Shown: one piece after another, positions 1 through 7,133 of the stretch
Layout of the letters: each line of letters opens with the position of its first letter
How positions within the stretch are numbered: position 1 is the stretch's first letter
DNA from: a virus
Lineage: Duplodnaviria; Caudoviricetes
Length of the DNA: 32,117 nucleotides
Direction: 5' to 3' (one strand)
Virus record (IMG/VR): IMGVR_UViG_3300025296_003001
Location: 1-32,117 of that record
The notes under the pieces: generated by a model
Databases searched by the model: none
What the model was told of the DNA's origin: nothing
The model's input: the letters and a program-made list of their open reading frames with translations, nothing else
Made by a program: the position numbers and the translations under genes

Positions 1-555
1 CTGGGGCGCGGGGTGGGTGTAGAGCGGCCAGACGGGCCAGCCTTTGGCTCGCCATCGCTCAGCAACAACGGGATCATAGGTGGTCGCGGACTTGTCGGTA
101 TCATGGTCTTCAGTGAACCAGCCAAACGCCTCCCCCTCGGCATGGGGCGCGGGGTGGCCCAGTGTGGCCAGCGCCCGACCGACGGCGTTGTACAGCACAA
201 CCAGGCTCTCCGGCTTTTCAGTCATCACTGAGAAGATGCGCCCGGCCAACTCCGTGCCGCCCATGCCGGACAGTTCCGGATGGTGTGTGCCGACGTCGTG
301 GGCGGCATTGTCACGGTAAAACGCCACGCCTGCCGCGCTGGCAGTGCCCAAGTCGCAGATCAGCACGTCGCCCGCACCAATTTCCAAGTCCACCGCCTCC
401 CCCTCGGCATGGGAGAGGGAGGCTTGCCATGCGTCCCAGGCTGCCTGGGCGTCCGGATGTTGATAGCCGCCTTCTGTTCTGTCCGCCGGGATAATCGGGC
501 GGACGTATTCTTCGTTGTACCAAGCCTCAAACGCTTCTCTCTGCTGCTCAGTCAT
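1..555 (-). CDS. Eaa/Ead-like modular early protein, runs off the left edge (MTEQQREAFEAWYNEE...WPLYTHPAPQ)
   Basis: Not in ORF track; hand translation gives 185 open codons from ATG 555 with an AGGAG RBS; REAFEAW..AWDAWQA and PLYTHPAP motifs typical of lambdoid Eaa-type proteins. Confidence 0.75.
   Translation of the reverse strand, partial: MTEQQREAFEAWYNEEYVRPIIPADRTEGGYQHPDAQAAWDAWQASLSHAEGEAVDLEIGAGDVLICDLGTASAAGVAFYRDNAAHDVGTHHPELSGMGGTELAGRIFSVMTEKPESLVVLYNAVGRALATLGHPAPHAEGEAFGWFTEDHDTDKSATTYDPVVAERWRAKGWPVWPLYTHPAPQ
2..413. repeat. Direct repeats at module junctions: CGCCTCCCCCTCGGCATGGG (127-146, 394-413) and TGGGGCGCGGGGTGG (2-16, 143-157)
   Basis: Exact matches read from the sequence; they encode the HAEGEA and HPAP linkers. 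Confidence 0.9.
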
Positions 556-564
556 TGCGATCTC

Positions 565-858
565 CTAAAACTCGAATTCCCACCGGTAACCGGCGCTGAT
601 GACGTTGAACCCATGATCCTGGCCCGTCTCCACACTGCTGACGTGCTGGCCCTGGATGAACCAGTTGCGGTAGCTGATGCCGGCCTCCACCGAGCCCACC
701 AGGGGCGGCAGGTCCATCGTGTACTCCCCGGAGTAGCGTTCGCTCTCGTAGGTCCAGCGTTCGGTCATCCCGATCTGGTAGCCCATGCCGCCCTGAACGT
801 AGAGCGTCGGGTCGGCCAGAGCGGCGCAGGGGAGCAGCAGCAGTGCGTAGCGGATCAT
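565..858 (-). CDS. Small secreted outer-membrane beta-strand protein (97 aa)
   Basis: ATG 858 with GAGGAG RBS; signal peptide MIRYALLLLPCAALA; amphipathic strands; C-terminal GYRWEFEF beta-signal. Confidence 0.7.
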   Translation of the reverse strand: MIRYALLLLPCAALADPTLYVQGGMGYQIGMTERWTYESERYSGEYTMDLPPLVGSVEAGISYRNWFIQGQHVSSVETGQDHGFNVISAGYRWEFEF

Positions 859-868
859 GGGCGGCTCC

Positions 869-1153
869 TCAGAAGGTAATGTCCCGGTCAAAATCATCTG
901 CGGGCGCGGTGCTCTGCTGCTGAGCCTGGGCCTGCTGACCCGCCTGCTGGTTATCCCGTGGCTCGAACAGCGCCAGCCATACGCCGCCGTCATCGCCGCG
1001 CGGGCAGCCCGCCGGATTGAATGAGGCGTCCAGCTTGAGCCGGAAACCGTGTTGGGTGCTGATGACCGCGCCCACCTTCCGGCTGATGTATTTGGTCTGT
1101 CCGTCTTTCTCGTAGGTGCCGGTGGTGGCGACCACGTCGTATTTCAGGCTCAT
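869..1153 (-). CDS. Putative single-stranded DNA-binding protein (non-canonical)
   Basis: Beta-rich core, Q-rich linker and acidic tail DDFDRDITF resembling the SSB DDDIPF tail; near recT. Confidence 0.65.
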   Translation of the reverse strand: MSLKYDVVATTGTYEKDGQTKYISRKVGAVISTQHGFRLKLDASFNPAGCPRGDDGGVWLALFEPRDNQQAGQQAQAQQQSTAPADDFDRDITF

Positions 1154-1198
1154 ATCTCTCTCCGTTGTCAGTTCCCCCGAAGGGGATGCGGTGGGCGC

Positions 1199-1867
1199 TC
1201 AATTGTCGAACCAGAAAACGATCCTGACATCGGACTGATCCTCACGCTCACAGCGCTGGACCAGTTGCGGAAGGGTCTTTTCCATGAAGCACTTCAGTGC
1301 GTCTTCGGCCTTCAGGGTCCAATGAACCACTGTTCTGTACCCCTCAACCAGATGTTTCATGGCAGGGTTTGCATCCCACCCCTGCTCGACAATGCTGTCC
1401 ATTTCTGAATTTGTAGCGCAGGTGATTGAGGGTCCGCCGACAGAACCACACCAGGATGAAGGCGCACCGTGTTCCTTGAACCGGCGATATTCGTCGAGGC
1501 CAACGACCCCCTCGCATTCAAATCCGCCGGTGATCCCTTCCGTTATCTCCTGCACGGTGAGCCAGGAATGAGAATGCCCGTCGATGCCCCACTCGTCGCT
1601 ATCGGCCTTAACTTCGTCGGTAACGTCATCCGGCAGACCCTTGGGTTCGCTGATAGGCTTGATCCCTTTCCCGTCGGATCGCACGCCCGCCAATATCGAA
1701 AACAGAAAGTAGCTTCTGGCGTCGATAGGGCTGTCGGCATTCTTGTACTCGTCAGTCGAAAAGAACTGGTTGTTCGGATCGTAGTAGTCCGACACAAAGC
1801 CGCCGATCTTTTTCCATTTCCCGTCGCCGCCCTGCTTCTCGACGTGGCAGTGAATGTCGCATCCCAT
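1199..1867 (-). CDS. Conserved phage protein of unknown function (MGCDIH...RIVFWFDN type)
   Basis: 222 aa ORF with GGAG RBS; recognisable N- and C-terminal motifs. Confidence 0.8.
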   Translation of the reverse strand: MGCDIHCHVEKQGGDGKWKKIGGFVSDYYDPNNQFFSTDEYKNADSPIDARSYFLFSILAGVRSDGKGIKPISEPKGLPDDVTDEVKADSDEWGIDGHSHSWLTVQEITEGITGGFECEGVVGLDEYRRFKEHGAPSSWCGSVGGPSITCATNSEMDSIVEQGWDANPAMKHLVEGYRTVVHWTLKAEDALKCFMEKTLPQLVQRCEREDQSDVRIVFWFDN

Positions 1868-1929
1868 ATTGCTTCTCCAATCGTTAATGGTCAGCGGGTA
1901 AGGCCCGCCACTCCCCGGTGAGCGCCGGA

Positions 1930-2979
1930 TTAAGCTGCTTGCTCCATGGCCTGGATGTACTCGACGGCGTCGGCGGACAGGTGCTTGAGCACGAACGCGC
2001 GTTCGTCGGCGTCCAGCTCGCCCAGCACTTCCTCGACGGCGCCACGGTCATCGCTGGCCACCGCGTCGTGGATCGCGTCTTTGATGTCGTTGAACTGCGC
2101 GATGCCCTGGTGTTCCAGCTCCGCCGACTGTTTCTTGCCTTCGACCTTGTGGCCCTTGTCGAAGCTGTTGTAGAGCGCAATCCAGACGTGGTCGGGCAGG
2201 GAAAGCCGCATCATGTAGAACTTCAGGGCGTCGCCTTTGCGCAGCAGCTCCATAAACTCGGTGTGCTGCTCAATGGTGTAGGCGGTGCCCTCAGATTGGT
2301 GCAAGGCTTCGACGGCCAGATCCACGCGGCGACGGTTCGGCGTTTGCGGCCAGGACTTGTAGGCACGTTTGAGGATGGTTTTCTTGGCCATTTCCTCGTA
2401 CCACTGTTTCCACGGGCCGCCGCCTTTCTGATACGCCTTGCTGGTGTCCCGAATCTTGTTGATTTCGTCCACCGGCATGACCTCGGTGAGGATTTCACCG
2501 TCGGGCAACTTGGCGATGCAGTACCCGCCTTTGATGGCGCCCCGGTCGCTGAACGGGTCGGCTTCGTGATCCGGTGCCAGGGCAGGGCCGCGCCATGAAA
2601 ACTTGTCGTGCTCGTAGACCAGCTCCACCTTCGCCCACTTGATCGCGCCGGCATCGGTGGCGATCTTGGAGAGACCGCGATAGCTGATGTCCAGGCAGAT
2701 CGCGCCGTCACGCGGCACCAGGTAGGCGTGGGCGCTGGCCGGATTCAGGCTGATGCCTATGGCCGCCACGTTCAGCACGGCGGCTTGCAGGCTGTTCGGG
2801 TTGTTCGCTGCCGTCTTTAGCGTGAACTCGTTCTTGAGCAACTGCTGGCGGGCGAACAGGCATTCCTGGGCGAAGTCCACCAGCGAGCCATTCGCGGCGT
2901 CCAGCTCCATGAACTTCGATTCCTGCTTTTTGATGATGTCGATGGCCTGTACTGCCATCTGCTTCCCTTGATTGCTCAT
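1930..2979 (-). CDS. recT: RecT/Red-beta family single-strand annealing protein
   Basis: Motifs AAIGISLNP..HAYLVPR..LDISYRGL and PW..WYEEMAKKTILKRA. Confidence 0.9.
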   Translation of the reverse strand: MSNQGKQMAVQAIDIIKKQESKFMELDAANGSLVDFAQECLFARQQLLKNEFTLKTAANNPNSLQAAVLNVAAIGISLNPASAHAYLVPRDGAICLDISYRGLSKIATDAGAIKWAKVELVYEHDKFSWRGPALAPDHEADPFSDRGAIKGGYCIAKLPDGEILTEVMPVDEINKIRDTSKAYQKGGGPWKQWYEEMAKKTILKRAYKSWPQTPNRRRVDLAVEALHQSEGTAYTIEQHTEFMELLRKGDALKFYMMRLSLPDHVWIALYNSFDKGHKVEGKKQSAELEHQGIAQFNDIKDAIHDAVASDDRGAVEEVLGELDADERAFVLKHLSADAVEYIQAMEQAA

Positions 2980-2994
2980 GTCGTGCTCCTATCG

Positions 2995-3018
2995 AATAAA
3001 AGGCGGGGCGTACCCCGC
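2995..3018 (-). terminator. Probable intrinsic terminator upstream of recT
   Basis: GCGGGG-4nt-CCCCGC stem followed by CTTTTATT on the minus strand. Confidence 0.55.
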
Positions 3019-3029
3019 AAAACAACAGA

Positions 3030-3332
3030 TCAGCGCTCTGTCGTATCGGTGTTCAGTGCTTTGGCGATGGCGGCATCGATGCGATCATCCAGGCCAATTG
3101 GCATTTCGTATTGCGACCAGCCTTGAGCGAACTCCTGCACCTCTTGCAGCACCTCCAGAAGGTCCGGCGCGGCGGCTATAAGGAGCGCATTGCTTTTCCG
3201 CTTTTCGGTGCCGTAGACGTGGCAGATGCCAATGCCGCCACCCTCTGACTGGGGCAGATCGTGCGACGGAAGAACCACATGGGCGTACCGGCCAAGGCGC
3301 CAAGGCCCAGGCGTTCCATTAAACTCACTCAT
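3030..3332 (-). CDS. Phage protein of the TPGPW...NAxLIAAAPDLL family
   Basis: Family motifs; start at MSEFNG overlaps the upstream stop. Confidence 0.8.
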   Translation of the reverse strand: MSEFNGTPGPWRLGRYAHVVLPSHDLPQSEGGGIGICHVYGTEKRKSNALLIAAAPDLLEVLQEVQEFAQGWSQYEMPIGLDDRIDAAIAKALNTDTTER

Positions 3333-3570
3333 AACTCGCTCCTGCTGTGCCGTGGATTCGTTCAACCAGGGCCTCAGCCAAACGCTCTGGGCAGTCGTAG
3401 CCCTCCGCTGTAGCAGTCGGCCAGTGACCCTGAGCCACCATCAAACAAGTGGCACGTTCCTCGGCCAGCGCATCGCGGTAGTCCTGCTCGCCGATGACCG
3501 TCATCAGGGCGACAAACGCGATGATCGTGGTGGCGCCCATCAGGATTTCGCCAAAGCTGTAGTTGTTCAT
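3325..3570 (-). CDS. Hypothetical single-TM protein (81 aa)
   Basis: ATG 3570 coupled to the upstream stop; N-terminal hydrophobic segment. Confidence 0.7.
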   Translation of the reverse strand: MNNYSFGEILMGATTIIAFVALMTVIGEQDYRDALAEERATCLMVAQGHWPTATAEGYDCPERLAEALVERIHGTAGASYE

Positions 3571-3848
3571 GCCGGCACCCCGCTTTTCAGGTGGTCCATT
3601 AGTGAATCGAAGGTGAAGTCGCTGGGCTGGTGGTCGGTGCGGCCGTCGATGCGGCGCCAGTGCTCTGCACAGGCAGAGCCCAGGGGTCCGTCCTCCATTT
3701 GTGCCTCCAGCTGGCCCGCAAAATCCGGGCATGGACCGATTAGCCGCCCTATCCGCCCGTGTCCATGCGCAGCACATTCGGCGACCTGCACACGATCCCC
3801 AGCCCGCAGCGGGCGCCCGTTTACGTCGTGTCCGAGAATCTCGCTCAT
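3567..3848 (-). CDS. Hypothetical protein (93 aa, SH3/KOW-like GRPLRAGDRV)
   Basis: 4-bp start/stop overlap on both sides; GGAGG RBS. Confidence 0.7.
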   Translation of the reverse strand: MSEILGHDVNGRPLRAGDRVQVAECAAHGHGRIGRLIGPCPDFAGQLEAQMEDGPLGSACAEHWRRIDGRTDHQPSDFTFDSLMDHLKSGVPA

Positions 3849-4111
3849 GACTGCCCCCTCCACATCAGGTTGGCACCGTTGACGGTTACCGCGTATGGCT
3901 GACCATCAACCAGACTCCTGGCCGCCCGAACCCAGGATTCGGCCCGGTACGCTGCGCAGGCGAGATCCATGTCGCCTGCGCTGAGGGCGCACTCCCACCA
4001 GCCATCCAGGCGGCACTGGTAGAACATGGCCAGATCGTGGTTCGAGGAAATCGCGGCCCGGTATCCCTGGTGGGCCAGCACCGTCAGGCTGTGCAGTTGA
4101 TCGCTGTTCAC
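3845..4111 (-). CDS. Hypothetical protein (88 aa)
   Basis: GTG start with GGAGG RBS, translationally coupled. Confidence 0.7.
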   Translation of the reverse strand: MNSDQLHSLTVLAHQGYRAAISSNHDLAMFYQCRLDGWWECALSAGDMDLACAAYRAESWVRAARSLVDGQPYAVTVNGANLMWRGQS

Positions 4112-4566
4112 GGCTCGTTCCTCCCTTCAAAAATCGTCTCCACCCAGCCCCAGGTCGGCGCCGCTTTCAGCACCGCGTCGTGGAACGTGTCCATCGCCTG
4201 ACGCACATGCGGCGCCCAGGTCCGGCGAGCGTCGTCCGGCGCGAACACCGCGAGGCGCACAATCTCCACCGGATCAATCTCGCCGTCCTCGAGCGCGTCT
4301 CGCAGTTGGCCCCGGCTCATGCCGAACGTCTGCCGGCGGAACTCGCTCAGGCACAGCGGGCGGAACTCGGCGGCGCTGAACGCGAGGAACAGCACCAGCG
4401 CGTCGAACTCGGATTCCAGGTCTTCATGCGCGCTGAACGCGGTCTCGAGCTCGTCGGACTTGAGCGCCTCCACCAGATACGCCTCGCACCACGCCTCGTA
4501 GGCGGCACGCTGCGGATGGAGTGCATCCTGGTAATCCCAATCGCTCGCGGCTTGATGTGCGTTCAT
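4108..4566 (-). CDS. Acidic hypothetical protein, first gene after PL (152 aa)
   Basis: GGGGAG RBS; directly downstream of the PL/OL region. Confidence 0.75.
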   Translation of the reverse strand: MNAHQAASDWDYQDALHPQRAAYEAWCEAYLVEALKSDELETAFSAHEDLESEFDALVLFLAFSAAEFRPLCLSEFRRQTFGMSRGQLRDALEDGEIDPVEIVRLAVFAPDDARRTWAPHVRQAMDTFHDAVLKAAPTWGWVETIFEGRNEP

Positions 4567-4604
4567 GGTTCGCTCCCCTGCGGGTTGTCCGTGTTGATGG
4601 GGAG

Positions 4605-4647
4605 ATAATCACATATCGTGTTCATTGTGGTCAACACGAAACGTGTT
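4605..4647 (-). promoter_or_regulatory. PL promoter with OL operators
   Basis: Minus strand TTGACC-18-GATTAT with TG extension; operators ATCAC-N5-GTGTT (4608-4622) and AACAC-N5-GTGTT (4633-4647) match the OR sites. Confidence 0.75.
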
Positions 4648-4710
4648 TGTTGAAGGCATTATTTGTGACCGGGCAGTCACGAAGAGGTCAGATCAGGGAA
4701 TTGCAGGCAC

Positions 4711-4734
4711 AAAAAAGCCCGCGCTGGGCGGGCT
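4711..4734 (-). terminator. Intrinsic terminator of the cI operon
   Basis: AGCCCGC stem, 5-nt loop, T6 on the minus strand. Confidence 0.85.
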
Positions 4735-4806
4735 ATTCTGCGCCAAAGAGGCTAGTCACCGTAGCGGATGGCGATTCCTGGCTACGGCGGCCACCGCAGG
4801 GTGGAC

Positions 4807-5133
4807 TTAAATCAGGGCGGCGGCGCCGAAGGAGATGGTGGTGACCAGCGCAACCAGGGTGATCGCGGTGCCCACGAACCACTTAATCATGGTCGATTCC
4901 ACGGACTTTACGCTGGTCTCGACGCCGGCGAGGTTGGCCTTGGTGGCGCCATGCTTTTCAATGGATTCGGTGCGCTCATCGATCCGGGCAAGCGTTACCC
5001 GCATGTCTGCCGTTACCTGTTCCAGATTCGCTACACGCTGTTCCATATCGCTGGGCCCTCCGGGGCCTCCGCCGTCTCGGCGCTTGCCGTCGTCGCTAAA
5101 GTATGTGGGAAGAAAGGTCACTTTTTCAACCAT
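4807..5133 (-). CDS. Coiled-coil protein with C-terminal TM anchor (about 108 aa)
   Basis: GGGPGGPSDMEQRVANLE, heptads, then hydrophobic WFVGTAITLVALV; start overlaps the upstream stop. Confidence 0.75.
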   Translation of the reverse strand: MVEKVTFLPTYFSDDGKRRDGGGPGGPSDMEQRVANLEQVTADMRVTLARIDERTESIEKHGATKANLAGVETSVKSVESTMIKWFVGTAITLVALVTTISFGAAALI

Positions 5134-5425
5134 TGCCTTTTTCCTCCCGGCGCTTCTCCAGCGCCGCCATGACCTGCTCACAGGCAAACGTCATCACAAA
5201 GCCGCAGCTTCGGCAGATGGTCAGGTAGGCGGGAATGAACACCTCGTGCCCTGCCGGGGAATAGGGGAAGACCGCAACCTTATTCACGTCATCCGGATCG
5301 GAAACCACCCCGGCATTGCCGTTCTGACACATAGGACAAGGCCCTGGCGCGATCTCGGCAAGCACCTGCCTGATTTCTCCGGCGGGCACATTGCGCACCC
5401 ACTCCAGTTTCTCGTTTTCCTTCAT
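5126..5425 (-). CDS. Zinc-ribbon protein (CPMC...CRSC), 99 aa
   Basis: Two CxxC motifs; AGGAGG RBS; 23 bp after the cI stop. Confidence 0.8.
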   Translation of the reverse strand: MKENEKLEWVRNVPAGEIRQVLAEIAPGPCPMCQNGNAGVVSDPDDVNKVAVFPYSPAGHEVFIPAYLTICRSCGFVMTFACEQVMAALEKRREEKGNG

Positions 5426-5448
5426 TGCCCCCTCCTGGGTTGTTGTTA

Positions 5449-6081
5449 TTACATCGGGTCGTACTTGCCGATCACCACGCCGCAGATGCTCCAGCCCCCG
5501 TCGATCTTGATGATTGGCTCCGGCCAGTCCGGATTCCCGGGCTTGAGGAACGGCTCGCCCTCGTTGTACTGGATCTGCTTCAGCGTGACCTTTTCGTCGC
5601 TGTGGCGCTTGGCCACCACGAATTTGCCGCTGTCCGGCGCACGGTCCGGGTCCACAATGACGATCTCACCGTTACGGATGCGCGGCGTATTACTTTCGCC
5701 GTCGACGCGCAGGGCATAGGTGCGCGGCCCGGCGCCAGGCGGGCGGAACGGCAACCATTCGTCTGCCATGCCCGGCTCGAACGGGTCTTCCGCCTCGCAG
5801 AACTCGCCGGCCTGCACGTAGCTGATGATGGGTATCTGGCCGGCAACAGAAGGCCCTTCCGATACCCCGTCCGCCGGCACAGTCTCCCCCAGTAGCTCGT
5901 ACAGGCCGATCCCCAGCTTCTCTGCGATCAGCCGCAGATCATCCATGGAGGGCTCCCGTTTATCGACCTCGTAGTTGCCGACACGAGACTGTGACGCCCA
6001 GCCGCAAGCCTCGGCGAGCTTCGCCTGTGACCACCCCTTGGCCTGTCGAAAGTGTTTGATTCTGCTGCCCAAAGTTTTCAT
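5449..6081 (-). CDS. cI: CI-like repressor (HTH + S24 autopeptidase)
   Basis: N-terminal HTH (SQAKLAEACGWASQSRVGNYE), QAG cleavage site, LRVDGESN serine motif, VTLKQ lysine. Confidence 0.95.
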   Translation of the reverse strand: MKTLGSRIKHFRQAKGWSQAKLAEACGWASQSRVGNYEVDKREPSMDDLRLIAEKLGIGLYELLGETVPADGVSEGPSVAGQIPIISYVQAGEFCEAEDPFEPGMADEWLPFRPPGAGPRTYALRVDGESNTPRIRNGEIVIVDPDRAPDSGKFVVAKRHSDEKVTLKQIQYNEGEPFLKPGNPDWPEPIIKIDGGWSICGVVIGKYDPM

Positions 6082-6093
6082 GGGCGCATAAAT

Positions 6094-6158
6094 ATCACGT
6101 ACTGCAATCCCCATCTTTCACCTTTTGTGTTGCTACTAACACATAACGTGTTTATCAT
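6094..6158 (+). promoter_or_regulatory. OR operators and PR promoter
   Basis: AACAC-N5-GTGTT 6138-6152, TTCAC-N5-GTGTT 6117-6131, degenerate site 6094-6108; TTGCTA(6130)-17-TATCAT(6153). Confidence 0.8.
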
Positions 6159-6186
6159 TGCCCCTGAACACAGGAGGTCTTTACCC

Positions 6187-6411
6187 ATGAATCGAATCCG
6201 AGAAGTGCGGGATGCCGCCGACATCAAGCAGGCAGCACTTTGCAACGAGCTGGGATGGATCCAGTCCAGGCTCAGCAACTACGAGACGGGCAATCGCTCG
6301 CCAGGGCTTCAGGAGGCTCGCCAGATCGTCGGCGCACTGAATCGCCTGGGCGCGGAGTGCTCCTTGTCCGATGTGTTCCCTGAGCCCAGCGAAGACCTTT
6401 CGGTCGCCTGA
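6187..6411 (+). CDS. cro: Cro-like HTH repressor
   Basis: Divergent from cI; AGGAGG RBS; HTH QSRLSNYETGNRSP. Confidence 0.9.
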   Translation: MNRIREVRDAADIKQAALCNELGWIQSRLSNYETGNRSPGLQEARQIVGALNRLGAECSLSDVFPEPSEDLSVA

Positions 6412-6479
6412 CATGGCGGCCGTTTTTATTTGGCCACAGGTTCTAGAGGAAATACCCGGAGAGTAGAGGAATCAAAAAG

Positions 6480-6827
6480 ATGGCAGACGGGCAACTGACA
6501 CTGAATTTTGAGCGCGGACTGGCGGAGTGTTACGGCACCTGCCGCGAGTACGTTGGCGCTCGCATCCACCAGCAGGGCCGGCCCCAGAAGGCCATCGCTG
6601 CTGACATGGATTACTCCCCCTCGGACCTGAGCCGGAAGCTGGCCCAGAACCCCGACGATTCCCGCCGCTTCACCCTGGACGATCTGGAGAAGTACATGCA
6701 GGTCACCGGTGACACGAAGCCGGTGCTGTATTTGGTGGAGAAGTATCTGGCGGCGGAGAACCCCGCCGATCTGGAACGCCGGATTGCTGAATTGCAGGCG
6801 AAGCTGAAGGCCAGTCAGGCCGCATAG
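6480..6827 (+). CDS. CII-like regulator
   Basis: Follows cro; HTH KAIAADMDYSPSDLSRKL and C-terminal coiled coil. Confidence 0.7.
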   Translation: MADGQLTLNFERGLAECYGTCREYVGARIHQQGRPQKAIAADMDYSPSDLSRKLAQNPDDSRRFTLDDLEKYMQVTGDTKPVLYLVEKYLAAENPADLERRIAELQAKLKASQAA

Positions 6828-6882
6828 AAACAAGAAAGCCCCGGCGCTGGCAGGCGGAACCGGGGCTTTAGATACAACGTGG
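6826..6882 (-). ncRNA. Putative antisense sRNA (about 55 nt) at the OOP position
   Basis: Minus-strand promoter TGGAAA(6916-6911)-17-TGcCATAAT(6893-6888); perfect 10-bp stem 6835-6844/6860-6869 then a U-rich tail on the minus strand. Confidence 0.5.
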
Positions 6883-6890
6883 AGTTAATT

Positions 6891-7133
6891 ATGGCAAAGG
6901 CAGACACAGATTTCCAGACAGCTAAAAATTCTCCTCTGGTTACAGAGTACGAGCCATTCAGGCTTGAGGCGATCCAGGATGGTAGTGGCTTCTTTCTGGT
7001 GCAGCCCGGTCTAGGCCCAGAGGAGGACGCATGCATCCGCTTGCCGACGATGCAGGCATACGAAGTTGCGCGGAAGATCATTGAGGCGGTAGACGGCGCC
7101 GTAGCCATCGCCGAGGAGCGGCGCAATGGCTGA
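6891..7133 (+). CDS. Hypothetical protein (80 aa) heading the replication operon
   Basis: GGAG RBS; overlaps the initiator start. Confidence 0.65.
   Translation: MAKADTDFQTAKNSPLVTEYEPFRLEAIQDGSGFFLVQPGLGPEEDACIRLPTMQAYEVARKIIEAVDGAVAIAEERRNG

Noticed and set aside
4835-5895. Plus-strand ORFs (294 and 156 aa) across the immunity region
   Set aside because: Antisense to cI and its downstream pair; no RBS or motif support.
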